Shown here: positions 42,431-60,500 of the stretch, one piece after another
How positions within the stretch are numbered: position 1 is the stretch's first letter
Layout: the number at the start of each line of letters is the position of its first letter
NCBI RefSeq assembly: GCF_009914755.1
Contig: NC_060935.1
Source of the DNA: the human T2T-CHM13v2.0 reference genome, Homo sapiens
Strand: one strand, 5' to 3'
DNA: 64,000 nt
Notes under the pieces: model-generated
Seen by the model: the letters and a program-made list of their open reading frames with translations, nothing else
What the model was told of the DNA's origin: nothing
The model's database searches: none
Translations under genes and position numbers: made by a program

Positions 42431-43537
42431 AAGAATAGACAAGAAATACAGATTTATTGGATGTGGGACCAAACGGGGACAACTTTCTGAGACCTAAAGT
42501 TCCATAATAGCCATTCAACTATGCAGTTTGGAAAGTTAGAACTATGATCAATTACCAGATAATATAGGCAGAAAAATTTTACTCAGTTGAAAGAGAAATT
42601 TCTTGTGTTACACATGTCAAGTATTGAATCAAGGGAGTTATCACTGGAATTGTTTAGATAGATTATTCGATAGGTTTTTCTGTATAGTTCAATTCAACAA
42701 CTATCAATAAGTATCTACTATGTGAAAGGTGTTCTGCTGAGTATTACAGAGCCTTCAAATAAAATCAAGACTTTTTATTTAGGAAATGTACAGTCTTGTG
42801 AAAGCTATAATAATGTACACACAGGTGTGCACACATATAAAGGCAAAACTGATATGAACAAAGCAATATGAAAATTATGAGGAGAGAACAAATATCACTG
42901 GAGCAATCATAAAATATTTAATGAGGAAGATATTTAAAGATGAGCCTTGAAACCTAAGTAGAACTTCACAGTGAAGTGGATGTTAAAGTTGAAGTGGAGT
43001 CAACAGTAAAGTCCACCATGAAAAAACTGCATGCATTTGAAGAAGTCGTAAGCAGACTGGCATTTTTAGACTGTAGAGTATGGGAAAAGAGAAAAAAGTG
43101 AATGAAACTTTAAAGAAAGTTTAAGCCTAAATTGTTGAGGAAATTACCATAGACAGGATTTGCTGCTTCATTTAGTTGGTGCATATGAAATAAAAATAAA
43201 ATATATATTTATTTGTTTCTTTTTAAAATGTTCTTAGGGCTGGATATTTGGAATCTTAATTCAAAGTGAATCATGTGATTGTTGAGCAGAAACAGCATAG
43301 AAGCATTAATTCAGTTAGTCATCTGTTGGAACAAGGTAACTAAGATAGTGAGAATCTGAATTAGTATTTTGATGGTAGAAAAGAGATTGCTTAGCAATGA
43401 TAATTACATTGTGGAGACATTTGAATTGGATGGCATTTAGTTTCACTCAACTCTAAAATTGCATGCATGGGTTTATAATTCCAATTTGTGGTAAATTTTC
43501 TAGACTTTGAAATAAGCCTTTATAGGAGTAGTACATG

Positions 43538-44484
43538 TTAAATATGAATTCCCTTGGAACATACAAATTTGAGCACAGCTTTCTGAATCTGCTTTGTTTT
43601 CACACTGTAGATGATGGGGGATTCATCACAGAGGGGATGAGCAAGTATACGTTAGCAATGGGGGTGGGCACATAGGGTGGGGCATGTTTTCCAAATCTGT
43701 GAACAAAGGACAGGCTGATCAAAGGGATGTAGAATATGCCAACAGCAGTGATATGAGAAATGCAGGTGCTGAAGGCCTTCTTCCTCTCCTCTGGGGATGC
43801 AATGCTGAGACCTGAGCGAATGATCAGCAGATAGGAGAGCAAGATAAAGATGGAGTCCACTCCGGCAGTAGAGATGATTGCACTTAATCGTAGTGCACTG
43901 TTGATCTTTGTGTCTGAACATGAGAGTTTCATCACATCAGGGTGGAAACAGTAGGAGTGGCAGAGCACGTGGCTGCGGCATAATGACAGTCACTTAAGAA
44001 GTAGGATTAGTGGTGTCAAAATGACAGTCCCCCTGGTAATGACTGCCAAACCAATCTGTGCTATTCTTGCATGAGTTAGAATGGTAGCATATCTTAAAGG
44101 GTTAGAAATGGCCACAAAATGATCAAAGGCCATAGCCAGGAGCACTGAAGATTCCATGAAAGTGAAGAGGTGAATGAAGAACATCTGTGATAAACAAGTG
44201 TTAAAGCTGATCTCCCGAGCATTGAGCCAGAATATTCCCAGCACTGTCACCAGTGTAGAAATACGTAAGCCAATGTCAGTGGTGGACAACATGGAGAGGA
44301 AATAGTACATGGTCTCATGGAGGGTTGGCTCAGTGAGGATGACAAAAAGGATCAGGGTATTCCCAGAAAGGGCAGTTAAATAGAGGCAGCAGATGGGGAT
44401 GGAGATCCAGACATGGGCCCATTCAAGTCCAGGGATCCCCGTCAAGAGGAAAGTAGGGGAAGTGGAATTATGGAAGACTGGCAT
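43538..44484 (-). pseudogene. OR51F4P: OR51 family olfactory receptor pseudogene (in-frame TGA at 43990-43992; +2 frameshift in the C run at 43616-43620)
   Basis: MPVFHNSTS start. ORFs 43990-44484 and 43600-43968 are in the same frame. After the frameshift it reads IIYSVKTKQIQKAVLKFVCSKGIHI-TAA (43538-43540). The DRF motif has become DHF. Symbol from recalled gene order. Confidence 0.87.
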
Positions 44485-44544
44485 TATGGCCTTTGGGAGC
44501 AGAATTCTCTTGTAGGATCTTGACTTCCTAAATTTGGAATTTTT

Positions 44545-44860
44545 AAATTATTTTAGTTGAAGTTTAATATATATTGAGTAAAGTGCATAAAACTTTAGAG
44601 TACAGCTCAAGGAAGTTTGACATCCATCTGTACCCGTGTAACCGTGCCCAAGATCAACTAATTGAACATGGCCAGCATCCCAGAAGGCCTCTTAATGCCA
44701 CATCCTCATCAGTGTCCTCTCGAATAGTAACCATTATTCTGACTTTTATTACCATAATTATTTCTTCCTATACTTGATTTTTATATAAATAGAATCATGT
44801 ATTATATACTGTTTGTGTTTAGCTTCTTTCATTCAGTATTTTGTCTGTGAGATTAATCCC
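44545..44860 (-). mobile_element. Old L1 (L1ME/MD-like) 3'UTR fragment
   Basis: taaagtgcataaaactttagagtacagctcaa ... tatataaatagaatcatgt ... cttctttcattcagtattttgtctgtgagatt. Confidence 0.65.
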
Positions 44861-47499
44861 TGAACTAAGACATTTAATTAATTTCAATTTAACTTCAATT
44901 TATTTAAATACATTTATTTGATGTTTACCACTTACTCTCTTGTACTCTCATCATTTTGATTAAATTTTTCATCCTTCAACTGGATTATGAGAATAAGGGG
45001 GTATTTTGGACTAATCCTTGTTTAGTGGAGTTGCTTGCTCATAATAGATATTCAGTATGCATTTGTCACTTGATTTTCCTTTATTTGCTCTTCCTGAAAT
45101 ATTCTATTTAACTGTGATTAGGCCTTGGTATAGAAAAATAATTGACTAATTGTGATTTGGAATCTTAGAGTTATTAACTTAGATACCAAATTTCATTTAC
45201 TCCATTTAGCAAGCAGGAAAACATCTCTTTTCAGTAAGTACATTTACCTAAGAATTCACCCCAGGTAAAGCCCATTCATCTTGCCTCATTATATATGTTT
45301 AATAGGGGAGAGATGTTTCAGTTCCTATGAACCTGAAGCTTGATATTCTTCTTAGTTTGTAACACAAAATACTGCCCCGTTTATGATTATAAAACCTGCT
45401 TCTGTTGTGATAAAAATCAGTGAGGCAAATAGTAAGCTTGTTTTGTAACATGAATGCCCTGGTCTTTAATCTGATCTTTGTTCTCTTATAGGATTACTCA
45501 GGTATGTAATATTGTGTTAATGATAAGACCATTTCCATACTTTGCTCTAATTATTTTACATAGACTATTTCATTTGAGTCTTATGACAAACCTAAAAGAG
45601 AGATTTTTTTTTTTTTTTTTACAGATGCATAAACTAAAGTTTGAAAGTTTGGATAAATTGCCAAAGTTCATAAAAACTGAAAGATATGATATTGGAAATC
45701 AATCACAGAAACAAAAAGATGCTAAAGCCTGGGCTATTAACAACTATACTACACTGTCTAATAATAATAATGATGATAATTATCGTATACTTCTTCAGTT
45801 AATATTTATTTCTTAATAAATAGAGCAAATGTGGGACAGATATCTATATTTGAAGATTTCTGATTATTTAAAATTTGTATGGCTCAGACGTGAAACAATT
45901 TTATTTCAGGATTGTCCATGTATTATATGAAATGTAATTAGATTACTGAAACTTATTTTTTTGCAAATAGTAAATACTTAAGATAATATTGGATGCTATA
46001 AATCAAATTAATCCGTTGTGGAAATGACATATTTATTATAGAATGAATGTATTAGTCAAAATATAATTTTAAGTTTTTATGATTTCTACTGTTTTTACAA
46101 ACCATTCAAGTTTATTCTCATTAAGCGTGCCCATTTTTACACAAGTTTTATCATCTAATTGACTAGTACTTACTTATAGCTGTAGATGGAAATTAGTTTG
46201 GCTATTTCTCCAAACATGTTGTCTATTTCTGTATACTTTCAACACAGGCATTCCGTGGACAATGGATTTTATATATTCATTTTTCTACTTTAAAGCTTTT
46301 ATCCTCTTTTCAGACTAATCTCCTGAATATTAGAGCCACATGTCTAATTCGTTGATTCTTCCACCTTAAATATCTCAAAGCAAGCTCAAACACAATATGA
46401 TTGCATCTAAATTCAGTCTTCTTCACAGAACCACAACCTGTATATCCTATTTTCACCACTTTGATTAATAGCTCTATGGTAGCTCTATAGATCTATAGAT
46501 TTATAAATCTATGGTAGCTTCATATATGAAATTGCCTAATTCAGAAATCTGCATAGACTTTCACCTTTCATCGGTTGATCACTAATTTCTGTTTTTATTG
46601 GACTCTTTCTAGTTCACACACCATGTCGCTATCAGTTTTTTCTAAGATGTAAAGTAGACTTGCATTTTAAAGTGATTTTAATCGGCACTATCTGAAAGAG
46701 TCTTTCCCAACTTTCTATTAAATTTTCATCACAAATAAAGAAAAAAGAAAAAAACACAAGCAGCACTGATACTAAAACTGATGGATATTCTAAATCCAGA
46801 AAATTTGGGAATGATTAACTTCTCCGAACTGAGGAAAATGGAGATGGATGTGGATAGATATAAAGTCAAAATATCAGCCCACATTGAATACATCTCCATA
46901 GTCTATACTAAGGAATGTGGAGTCTGTACCAACATAAAAAGTTGGGAACGAGCCATTTATTTTTATAGGATGCTTAACTATAAAGTAACAAGGATTTTAG
47001 TCTTGTATCAGACATCTCATCTCAAGAAAAAGTAGCCAAAAATAATGGTATAGGGGTGGCACTGGTAGAGATACATTGAATTTTGAAATTAGTATTAGCC
47101 CATGTACAAAAGAGAGTGAAATAAAACAGCACATTTTGGGAATTTAGGTTTACAATTTCCCCTCCGATTTTAAGCCTGCAAAGAAATATACAGTGTTGGT
47201 TGAATGTTATCTGTAGGCTGCTAGAAACTGGAAATTATACCAGAAACTGCATTCCACATAATAATGCTTATTGGGATAGCAACCATGAGCAAGCCCCATA
47301 CATAGCTTTTAAGAAAAAAAATAAAAACTGAAGATGTCTTGTTTTGCACTAGAGAGTATATAAAGAAAAAAATACTAGCATAAATCTTTAAAATATTTCA
47401 TTAATAAAGGAACAACATCTGGAAAATCCAGAGCATGAGCATATATGAAGAAATGTAATAATGTCTGTAAACTATGTAGCATGTTGCCTATCACATCAC

Positions 47500-50900
<3,401 letters not shown>

Positions 50901-53900
50901 GAAATTACTAGTAGTATTGACAATAGCCACTGTTGCTAGTGTGCATGTCATGTGTCCATATATATAAATTATTCCTTCATCTTTTGTTAATTACTTCTTT
51001 GAATAATAAATATTGAGTGCCTACTTTGCACACTTAACCCTCAAAATAACCTTTTATTTTCAAGGTAATAAACAATGTTTATAGACAGATTAAAATATTA
51101 CATATGAGACCGTGCTAATTTCTTAAATTTAGAAACTGGCCTTATTCCTCATTTGTACTAAAAGAGCTTAGAACAGATTGCTATATCCTATGATTAGTGG
51201 GAGAGAAACAACTTCTATGTTTTTAAGTTATTAGCTTCTTTGGTGTTTTCCAACGTAGTGTTTCTTCATCTAATCCAAGGACAAAAATGTCACCAGTTTG
51301 CACATGCGTTGTTTCTCGTCATCTCTAGAATGCACAAAAGAGGATGGCTGTCCTGGTCTTGGTCTCAAGGCAGGCCCACAGTCTGGGCCTGATATCCTTT
51401 CTGCATTCGCCACTACCCAGTCGGCCTCTCGCTAGTCAAATCTTAATTTCTATTGCTAAAATTCATGGGTGTAAGTAGACATAAGTTGGAATCTGTGCCT
51501 GAAGATTTTAGGAAATGAGCACAAAGGCCTTATTCTTATCTAGCCTCTAATTAGTAAGAGTACTCAAGATAAAGAGTATTTTATTTTATAAAGAGGAATA
51601 TGAAGTCAGATTTTCTAGATTATTAGTCGTCTCAGATAAAGACAAATCTGGAGTTAGATCCTCCTTTGGAGAAAAATCAGTTATCATCATATGATTTGTC
51701 AAAGCAGTGACTACCAATACAATCTCCATAGAATGACAAAATGATATTTCTGTGATTGAAAATGCCATGGATTCATTTAATTAATTAATTTATTTACCTC
51801 TTTATAGAGAAGGATTTAAGATGGATCCTTTATTATATATTTTCTGAATTTAGGAACAGCATCTGTGGAATGTTACAAAGCTAACCACCTACATGGAGGC
51901 AAAGCAATGAATGTACAAAGTGCATGATGACCTGAGGCACTGAGATAACCAGCCTTAATATTTGAGGCTTTGGCTGAAATATGAGCCAGGTGGAAGGTGA
52001 GAAAATAGATGAGAGGATGGATATAATCTCACAAAGAAGAAAAATTAACATTGAGCCAGTTTCCTTGCTACGTATCTCTACATGTGTAACTTTAACAGCA
52101 TCATTAATAGGCTGTGACTAATATTCCCATTTTTCAGGTGAGGTTAGAGTGAATGACTTATTGAAGTTTTCCATTGATAGATTTCATGGAGCCAGTGTGT
52201 GAATCCAGGACTGTTTGACCCAAAAGATGTGGTCATTTTACTGCCACTCTATCTCTCTGGTGTTGAGAATCAAATTAAAAGGAAATGCATCAGATTGATG
52301 CAGACTTAAGAGACACAATAGAATAAATGGGCTGGCATAGGTGTAAACCAATTCAAAATATAATTTAAGTAATAGTGAGTGTGTGCCAGTGACTGTATTT
52401 TGGGATTTGGTTATTATTTATGGCAGGAAATACATACATATAAGAAGTATAATTTTTGCTATGATTAGCTTAATGTATGAAAACAAAACATCTATATGGA
52501 ATTCAGGATTTCTGAACAGGCAACAGGACCATAGAAGTGAACAAAACAGTGGAGGGTGAGTGGAGTTAGAAGCTCAAAGGGCTTAGAGGTCAGGGACCAA
52601 GGGTAAGCGGGGAGAGCCTTACCTTTCAAGGTGTGGAGAATTGAAAGGGATACAAATAGCAGTGCTGAAGGAGCAATGCCAGAAGACTAGGTGAATTTTT
52701 GTCTTTAATTTCACTTCCAATAAATTCTTCCTTGTGTTTATCTATGCTAAATCACTCATGATGTAGTTTAAAAGTCATCAAGGGCATTTATTAAAGACAC
52801 AATTAAGTCCTGTTTCTGATCGGAGAGCAGCCACTTGATTTGGGCTTCAGAAAGGGAGGAGAGATTCCCTTGCTCTTACTTACAGTGGGGTATGTGAAGG
52901 TGACCCATTTATCTCTATGAGTGGAAAACTTCTATAAGGAATCTTAATTGTAGAGTCATTTACTCAGCTGGGATAAGTGTGCCTCTGTGGGATTTTTGCA
53001 CCATTCTGTTACACTGCACTTCTTATCCCATTGGGTCAGTTAGCTAGCATCAGGAAATTTGGACGCTTAAGTGGAGAAAAATCACATCAGGGAAAATAAA
53101 CGTATTGACCCAGGAAGTTTGTGTTTACACATTTCAATTAAAAATGAAATTGAATCATTTCTTTAGAGATGGATAGTGCATTTAAGATGAGAGTCTAGTA
53201 TTTTTTCTTGGTTTTTGTTCTGCTATATGTTTCTTGTAAATAATGTGTTATATAGATTTTTGTGTAAAGTAATTTGGTTGCCAGATGATTTGAAAGTATC
53301 TCCAGGTAATAGCATAATGCCAGTTCCATAGTACATATATTTTAAATATCTGTTAGAATAAACAAATGGATTTCTACAATTTGGAAGCAAGCTGCAATAT
53401 AGAATGATCAAGTCAAGGGCTCCATGGGAACTGACTGTTGAACAGAGGAAAGAAGTTTTAGCAGGTTGGGAACTCAAGTGGAAGCAACTACCAGGAAAAA
53501 AAAAAGACCTGGCTTTTCCTCAAGGATTATATTGATTATCTGTACAGTGATTATTGTTTTATTGTTTTCCAGTCAGGTACATTATATTATTTAATCTTAG
53601 CTGTTCAAGCTAAAGCAAACCAATATTTACTTGATAAGTACTGATGAATACCATGCTTGACACAAAATCAGTGGTCAGTAATATTACTAAATTAATTTAT
53701 TCACCTCTCTTGAAGATCCATTTCATAGTATAGAAAAGAGAATTATATGAACAAACACAATAGAAGTCATTTTATCCAAATTTGTTTTAGTTAATGTTTA
53801 GGTTTGCTTTTGAATAAGGTTAATTACATATAGGAGTCAGAAAAACAATTTTAACATACATTGAACATTTTATTTAAGTTTCCAACTTATAGATGTACTT

Positions 53901-56093
53901 TATTCACAATATTTTGATGTAGAGTTAGGGCCTCTTAATACAGTTTTGCAAACTGAAATTCCATATCATCTTTGCAAGAACCATGTCTTTAATACAAATT
54001 ATGTTATAATAATCAAGATAGTCAAGATGAAAGTACTGACAGCCTATAGATTACTTATTGGGACCAGTGAGAACGTGCTATTTAGAAAATAAGCTGTAAT
54101 TATTCAACTGGCAGCTATCATCAGGTAGTATATTTTCAGAGGAAGTGAAATGTCTGGTTAATCTAGCAAGTTTGTTCAGTAGAACTTATATAAAAATCGT
54201 TGTACTTGTTGCTTTGTTATACACTTTTAGAAAAGTGGAAAAACAGAGAAAAAGGAGACTCACTAGAATGGGAGGCAAATAGTTCATGTATTTTCTTTGC
54301 CGAGAGTAAAGTTCCAAGAACATTGTGTGTTATATAACCAGGAAACCTGAAAACTGGTCTACTAATAACTGTAGCTCAAAGAAAAGACCTAGCAATGGAT
54401 ATCAGTTTCTTTTTCAGCAAAATAGAGTGGTGGTACAATCCCTGAAAATTTTAAAGAAAAGTACACAGGATTGGGATTTAGTATCTTCTTGGCAGGTGAA
54501 ATGTATTTACAATTTGGGAGCAAGAGAAAATAATTAAGCCTATATTAAACAATATTATAATTCCATTATAAGATTAATCTTACATCTATGTTGAAAATAA
54601 GTTAGAATAAGGAGAGTACTTGATAGAATGTGCCTTGAGAGAGATTCTGAAGACACAGAATGGTGAAGCAGGCAGTGAGAAATGATATGAAGTCTGCATC
54701 AAAGAAGCCGTATTTATGTTAAACGTTACCAGTTTGAATGGTGAAAATAGACATAAAGGCCAAAGGAGACACTGACCAATCAGGCTTGGCTGGCTGAACA
54801 AAGGGTGGCATCATAAAGGGAGATGAGAAATTTTCAGTTTTCAGTTTTGATCAAATAGAAATTAAAACAGAAAGTCATGTTGCCAGAAGTCTGAGGAAGG
54901 CATAGTCAGGTTTCTTCAATGAAAGAATATTGCCTTAATTACTTTACACCTTTCATGATCAGGAATAATTTCACTCATCAAAACAGAGTCAGATTACTAA
55001 TAAAAGAAACTAATTAATTTGGTTTTGGACTTGCTGAATTTGGGGTACTGAAGGGCATGTGGATAATTTTGGCAGGATGACATGGCTAGAAATACTTCAT
55101 GAGAGTACATGCCCTTCAACAGCATGCTGTATTTATTTTCATATGTTATAGTGTTGATAAATACTATAAAGAATGAACAAATAAATGCATAATTATGTGG
55201 AACTTAGTTTTGGCTAATGGGTTTCTTTTCTGTTTAACAAAACAGCAATGAGTAAGGAAACACAGACAAGCTGCTGTAGATTTTTTGTAGATGATTTTGC
55301 ACATTTTTAAATTCTCCTAAATTGTCACAGATTAATAATTATTAGTTATCTTAAAGTTTAATAGTATGTAGCACTATTTGTTATTAATATTAAAGTATTT
55401 AGTATTAAATTTGATTCCTAAAATAAAAATTGGATTCCTAAAGTTGTCAGAATAAGTAATTTTATAATGCAATAAACAGGAGAATTTTATAAAGCATGTA
55501 AATTACACAGAAGGGATATTTTATTGTGCCTCTGCCTAATAAAGTAAGATTTTAATGTTTATTACTTTTTAATCTTTTCTTCAAAATGTCTCATTCTGTC
55601 TCTGTTGACCTGCAGGAAAGATGTGGCAGGTTAATAAATTTGTTTACTCCATAATTTTATGTAACTGTTTTGTTATTCATCTAATCATGATTTTGTAATC
55701 CTTAGTACTTTTGCCTTAAGCAGTTTTGCTAAAAGGGAAATTTTAAAGTTGACAATATTTTTTTGCTTATTCAGTTTAATCCCCAGGATAATGACCATTG
55801 CTTTAAAACATGTCATTAATTAAATGTTCTTAGTGCACTTTGTTGGATAAAGAGAGGTATATGAGTGGTATTGGCTAGTTCTTTGGCAAAAAATATTTCC
55901 CTTTTTCTGATAAGTGTCCCCAGAATAGAGATGGGCCCAATATACTGGGCCTGTGCACATGACTTGATTGGTTAATACTAGACAGTTAGGTATGCGACCC
56001 AAGCAGGGCTAAAGAGATACTCTCTTAGGATGATTTTTAACATTATATTTCAAAATAATTTCTGAGCTACAAAAAATCTGTACAAAGAATACT

Positions 56094-56413
<320 letters not shown>

Positions 56414-57049
56414 CTAACATTTTCATATATCCTTTATGCTGAAACTCCATTTCCTGAGTATTTGAAACTTCAAGGGAGACACATGAGGACATTCAAACAT
56501 CTGTTGAGCAACCCACAGCTGCTCTGGCTTCTCTTTGTCTCAAGATTTGGTTGCTTGGCTTCTCCTTGTAACTCCTTCCCTATTTTCCTCTTAATTCAAC
56601 AAATGTGATGGTTATTAAAATATTCTCTTCATATGTCGGAGCATGGGCACTAACAGCCCTAGTTCATCGTCATATTCTATGTAAGCCACATTGCCCAGGA
56701 GCTGTTTCTAGGCAATCACTGACCATGGCAGAGAAACTGAGGAAGGTCCATTTCTAGAAGGTATAGAACTCTGCTGACAGGTGTTTTGATTAGAGGATAT
56801 CCAATGACATTGACTAAATCTGTTCAGAACTGCACCACATTCTAGGATGCTTCTTTCTACCCAAACTTCCTTCCTTCCTTCTCTCTTTAACTCAAGGTCA
56901 AGCCTACATCAAAGACTGACAGGTCCTGCTCCTCTATTCTTGCCTTCTTTTTGTAGTAAATGTTACCTAGCCCCTTGTTGGCTGCTTGTCTGTTTGGAAA
57001 CAGGGAGTTTATGCTCTATTATCCATGTGCACACCAACTTGCTTGTTAA

Positions 57050-58000
57050 GCCCTCTTGTCTACCCTTCAGATCTTGTTGGTTCCTGTGATAATCGTAGCT
57101 CTGGCTTTTGGTGGTTACCTACTGCAACCTGGCTTCTATTATGTCAAGGCCTCCTCATATGCGTGGGTAGCCTGGCTTGCTGACTGCAGCTACTGCTGGC
57201 CTCTGTGATTAGTGGAAAAGAGCTACCACTCAGCTTCTTAGAGATGCTGGTATCATTTTCACAGCTAATTTCCAGTGGCTTCTGAACGATGTGTCCTCTG
57301 TGCACTTTTATGGAAAATGTATGGTGAGTCTTCCATCTTTACACAGTCTATTCCAGCATGCATACTTTCATCAGCCTCTAAATTCTTTCCTTTTCCATCT
57401 ACTAGGGCAGCACAATCATTTTTCCAATATGCTGAATGTTGTCCAACACTTTTTCTAGCTAATTGTCACTCAGTAGTAAATTAGCTACATTCCTTGGTGT
57501 TCTTGTTAAGGTGTTAAAATTCGTATTCCAAATAAATGTCCCTACATTGATGCATTCTTGCTAATATAGTCTTCTATTCAGACCTCCTTGATCAACCATT
57601 CTCACTATTCAATCCAGAGGGCATTTCATGGATTTTTGCCATAAAATGCTTGCTAATTTTTGCTATTCTTCGGGTTATAGTCTCTTTCTTATCTTACTAG
57701 GCCCAGCACATTCCCAACAGATTTATGCTGGAATTTAATGCCAGTGTTCATTCTGGTGGTGAGAACAAGAGATGGAGAGAGCTCCAGGAGATAGAATTAT
57801 GCGAAGTGGTGGAAATGATTGTTCTTACCAGAGAAGTGTGGGCCACCTCTGCAAGCCCAAGGATTATAAGGACTTTTGCATAATCAGTGTCTTCATGGGT
57901 CACTCACCCAGGTGCTTCTACTCGGTGTTTCATGGTACTACATTTTTCCCCGGATACAGATGTAACATCACAGACCTGCTTGGGTTGAGTACAGTATTTG
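57050..58000 (-). mobile_element. Degraded ERVL internal (gag-like) remnant
   Basis: The reverse complement near 57540-57620 (tggattgaatagtgagaatggttgatcaaggagg...atcaatgtaggg) resembles ERVL gag. An LTR16-like segment at about 56680-57000 is adjacent. Recognised by eye only. Confidence 0.35.
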
Positions 58001-58191
58001 AGGAGTTCTTTGACTCTAACAATTAGATAGAAATAGTCTTAAATAAGTTCATTCTTTCTGGCTATAGATTTTCTGTTGCTACAATAAAAAGTGATTTAAT
58101 TAACTCACATCAGTAAATGGGTATCCTTGCTTGGTGTAACAAATGGGCTGTTTGGAAACTTATTTAAGTTACATCCTTAATTTCTCTCCCA

Positions 58192-58314
58192 CTTTCCTTT
58201 CCCTCCCTCCCTCCTTCCCTCCCTCCCTCCCTCCCTCCCTTCCTTCCTTCCTTTTTTCATCCTTTTTCTCTCTCCCTTTTTTCTTTCCTCCCACGGTTTC
58301 TCTCTCTCTTTCTC
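58192..58314. repeat. Polypyrimidine low-complexity tract (CCCT)n(CCTT)n(CT)n
   Basis: Directly visible. Confidence 0.93.
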
Positions 58315-58791
58315 TATGACATTCATTTTTTGCAGTGACTCTGACAATTTAAAAATTTTCTGCTGGTGGCTGTGCTATCGGTTCGGAATATTGCGATGAG
58401 TGCTTATTGTGATAATGTTAGTATATATTACATTATTTTACCACATCTATCTTTCTGATGTTCCAGCAGCTAGCAGGCATGTAGAATTACTCAAGAAAAA
58501 GACTCTCACATATAAAAGTCAGAAAGTGTAGCCAAATTTGTAAACTAAATCGATAAACAAATTCATTTACATAATGGCATTGTTTTATCAAAAGGTGTTT
58601 TTAAAGCTACTAACACAAATTTTATAATCTATGTTCACCTGGGGAAAGCTGAAGAAGAGAGAAAATAGAAGAAAAAAGGGTTTGTGTTTCATAATTTTCA
58701 TGCCTATGTACAGACAGACCTTAAAACTCAGAAGATAATTCTTCCATGAATAGTAAAATTGTCATATAATATTTCTTCCATTTTTCCACAG

Positions 58792-58863
58792 AGTTTCTTA
58801 CAAAATCGTCCTATCCAGCATGCACTTTTGGATACTCTTTCAACTCAGAAGTCAACATAAAGG
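58792..58863 (+). other. MMP26: Probable 72-nt non-coding 5'UTR exon of the long MMP26 transcript
   Basis: Acceptor ttcttccatttttccaCAG at 58773-58791 and donor AGG|GTAAAA at 58864 delimit 72 nt. Size and position just downstream of OR51F1 agree with my recollection of the MMP26 upstream UTR exon. Not verified by alignment. Confidence 0.6.
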
Positions 58864-60019
58864 GTAAAATTTTACTTTTATATTATGAATTATCACCCCA
58901 ATAAGTCCATTATTTCATGACTTTTTGTTCATGTTGATGTTTTACACACACAAGATTTTAACCTTCGTGAGTGCACAGTAATATTTTTTATTGATCTTTT
59001 ATTTTTTGTTGTTTCCCACGAGGTCAAACATAAAATATACCTACAGTCACTGTGTGCTGATAAACTGAATATTTAAAAACAGAAAAAGTTCTCAATGCTA
59101 TTAAATTAAATTGAACAATGCTATTATATAAATATTTAAAAGAATTTTTACCAGTTCACATGGTATAAAAATTATCATTATCAGTGATTTCAAGCTACTA
59201 ATATGACATCATATAATGCATAGTTAGATATGCAAAAATAGGCTCTTGCAAGCTGGTGTGTGCTCTCTCCAGCACACTGCTGCCCTCAGTATTTGTGGGG
59301 TACCTGGTACATTTCTTCCACCTATCACTATTTTTCCAATGGCAATAAAATTGATGTGACTGCCTTTAGGTTTCCATCTCCATTTCCCTCTGATTTTATT
59401 CTGCCATTATATGCAATTGACATTTTTAAGCTTCTGTCTGTCTCTTAAATCCAAAGAGTTACCATAAGTTCGTTTTCAGAAACCAAACATTTTGTGTCTG
59501 TCTCTGTAAAACTGTGTATAGGCAAGAACTATGAATTCTTTACCTTGGTTCTTTAGCTGGTTAAGGAGTCACATAGGTCTTTAATGGCATTTGTGAAAAC
59601 TGTGAAAACTATGGAAAATAATGTGAGTATGTTTATCTATGGGGAAAGGTCCATAAATTTCATTAGCTTTCTAAGGGACCACAATGCAGAAAAAGGTTCA
59701 GAACATCTGCCCCAAACTTCCTTGTAATTTACTTTACATTCTTTTCTAGTTCTCTCAAGTTCCCATTCCCTGTGATAAATTAGCAAGTGTGCCTCACCCC
59801 TAAAGCTTTTCTTTGGACTGTCCAACACTGGATAGTGACTCACATGCCATGACATATCTATTCCTACCTTTTGTATTATGAATTATCCATGAAGAAAACA
59901 GCTAGAGTATATTCTAAGAAGGTTACTACAACTTTTTAAGACAAAGGATGGAACCATGGAGATCCAGGTCTTACTTTTGATCTTAAAACATTTCTGCTAC
60001 ATGACTTTGGCAGAGTATG

Positions 60020-60265
60020 TAATACAGTGATGAAGAGCATAGCATTTGAGATACAGAACACCTGGGTTCAAATCTCAACTGTGCCTCATGTTATTCACAT
60101 GGCCTTTGGGGGCCTAAATGTCTATAAATCTGTTCCATCATCTGTAATATATCGCTAATAGTAATATATATTTCATTTCGCTGTTTTGGAAGAATAAATG
60201 GAATATGTCTTAAAAGCAGTTAGTAGAACACCTAGCCTGAAACAAAGAGTCAATACATGTTAATT
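60020..60265 (+). mobile_element. MIR SINE remnant
   Basis: cctgggttcaaatctcaactgtgcc ... tcatctgtaa ... aaagcagttagtagaacacctagc. Confidence 0.7.
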
Positions 60266-60500
60266 GCCAGGAGTATTATTTATCATTTCATTATTGTTAT
60301 TTTCCTAATTCCACTACAAATGTCTTGGGTGATATATCATACTTATATTTTATGACCAAATATACAACATATTTACTATTTGTTTGGTGAATGAAAAATA
60401 TTTTAAAAACCCACATGCAATAGGCAGTAAGAGAGCAAGTTCGCTTTTCTACAGTGCAAGTCATTCATGCCAGGTTTGTATCAAATAAAACTATGTCTGT

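Noticed and set aside
46471-46520. Overlapping short palindromes (tctatagatctataga; agatttataaatct)
   Set aside because: This is low-complexity AT-rich local duplication with no associated structure; such palindromes are expected by chance and slippage.
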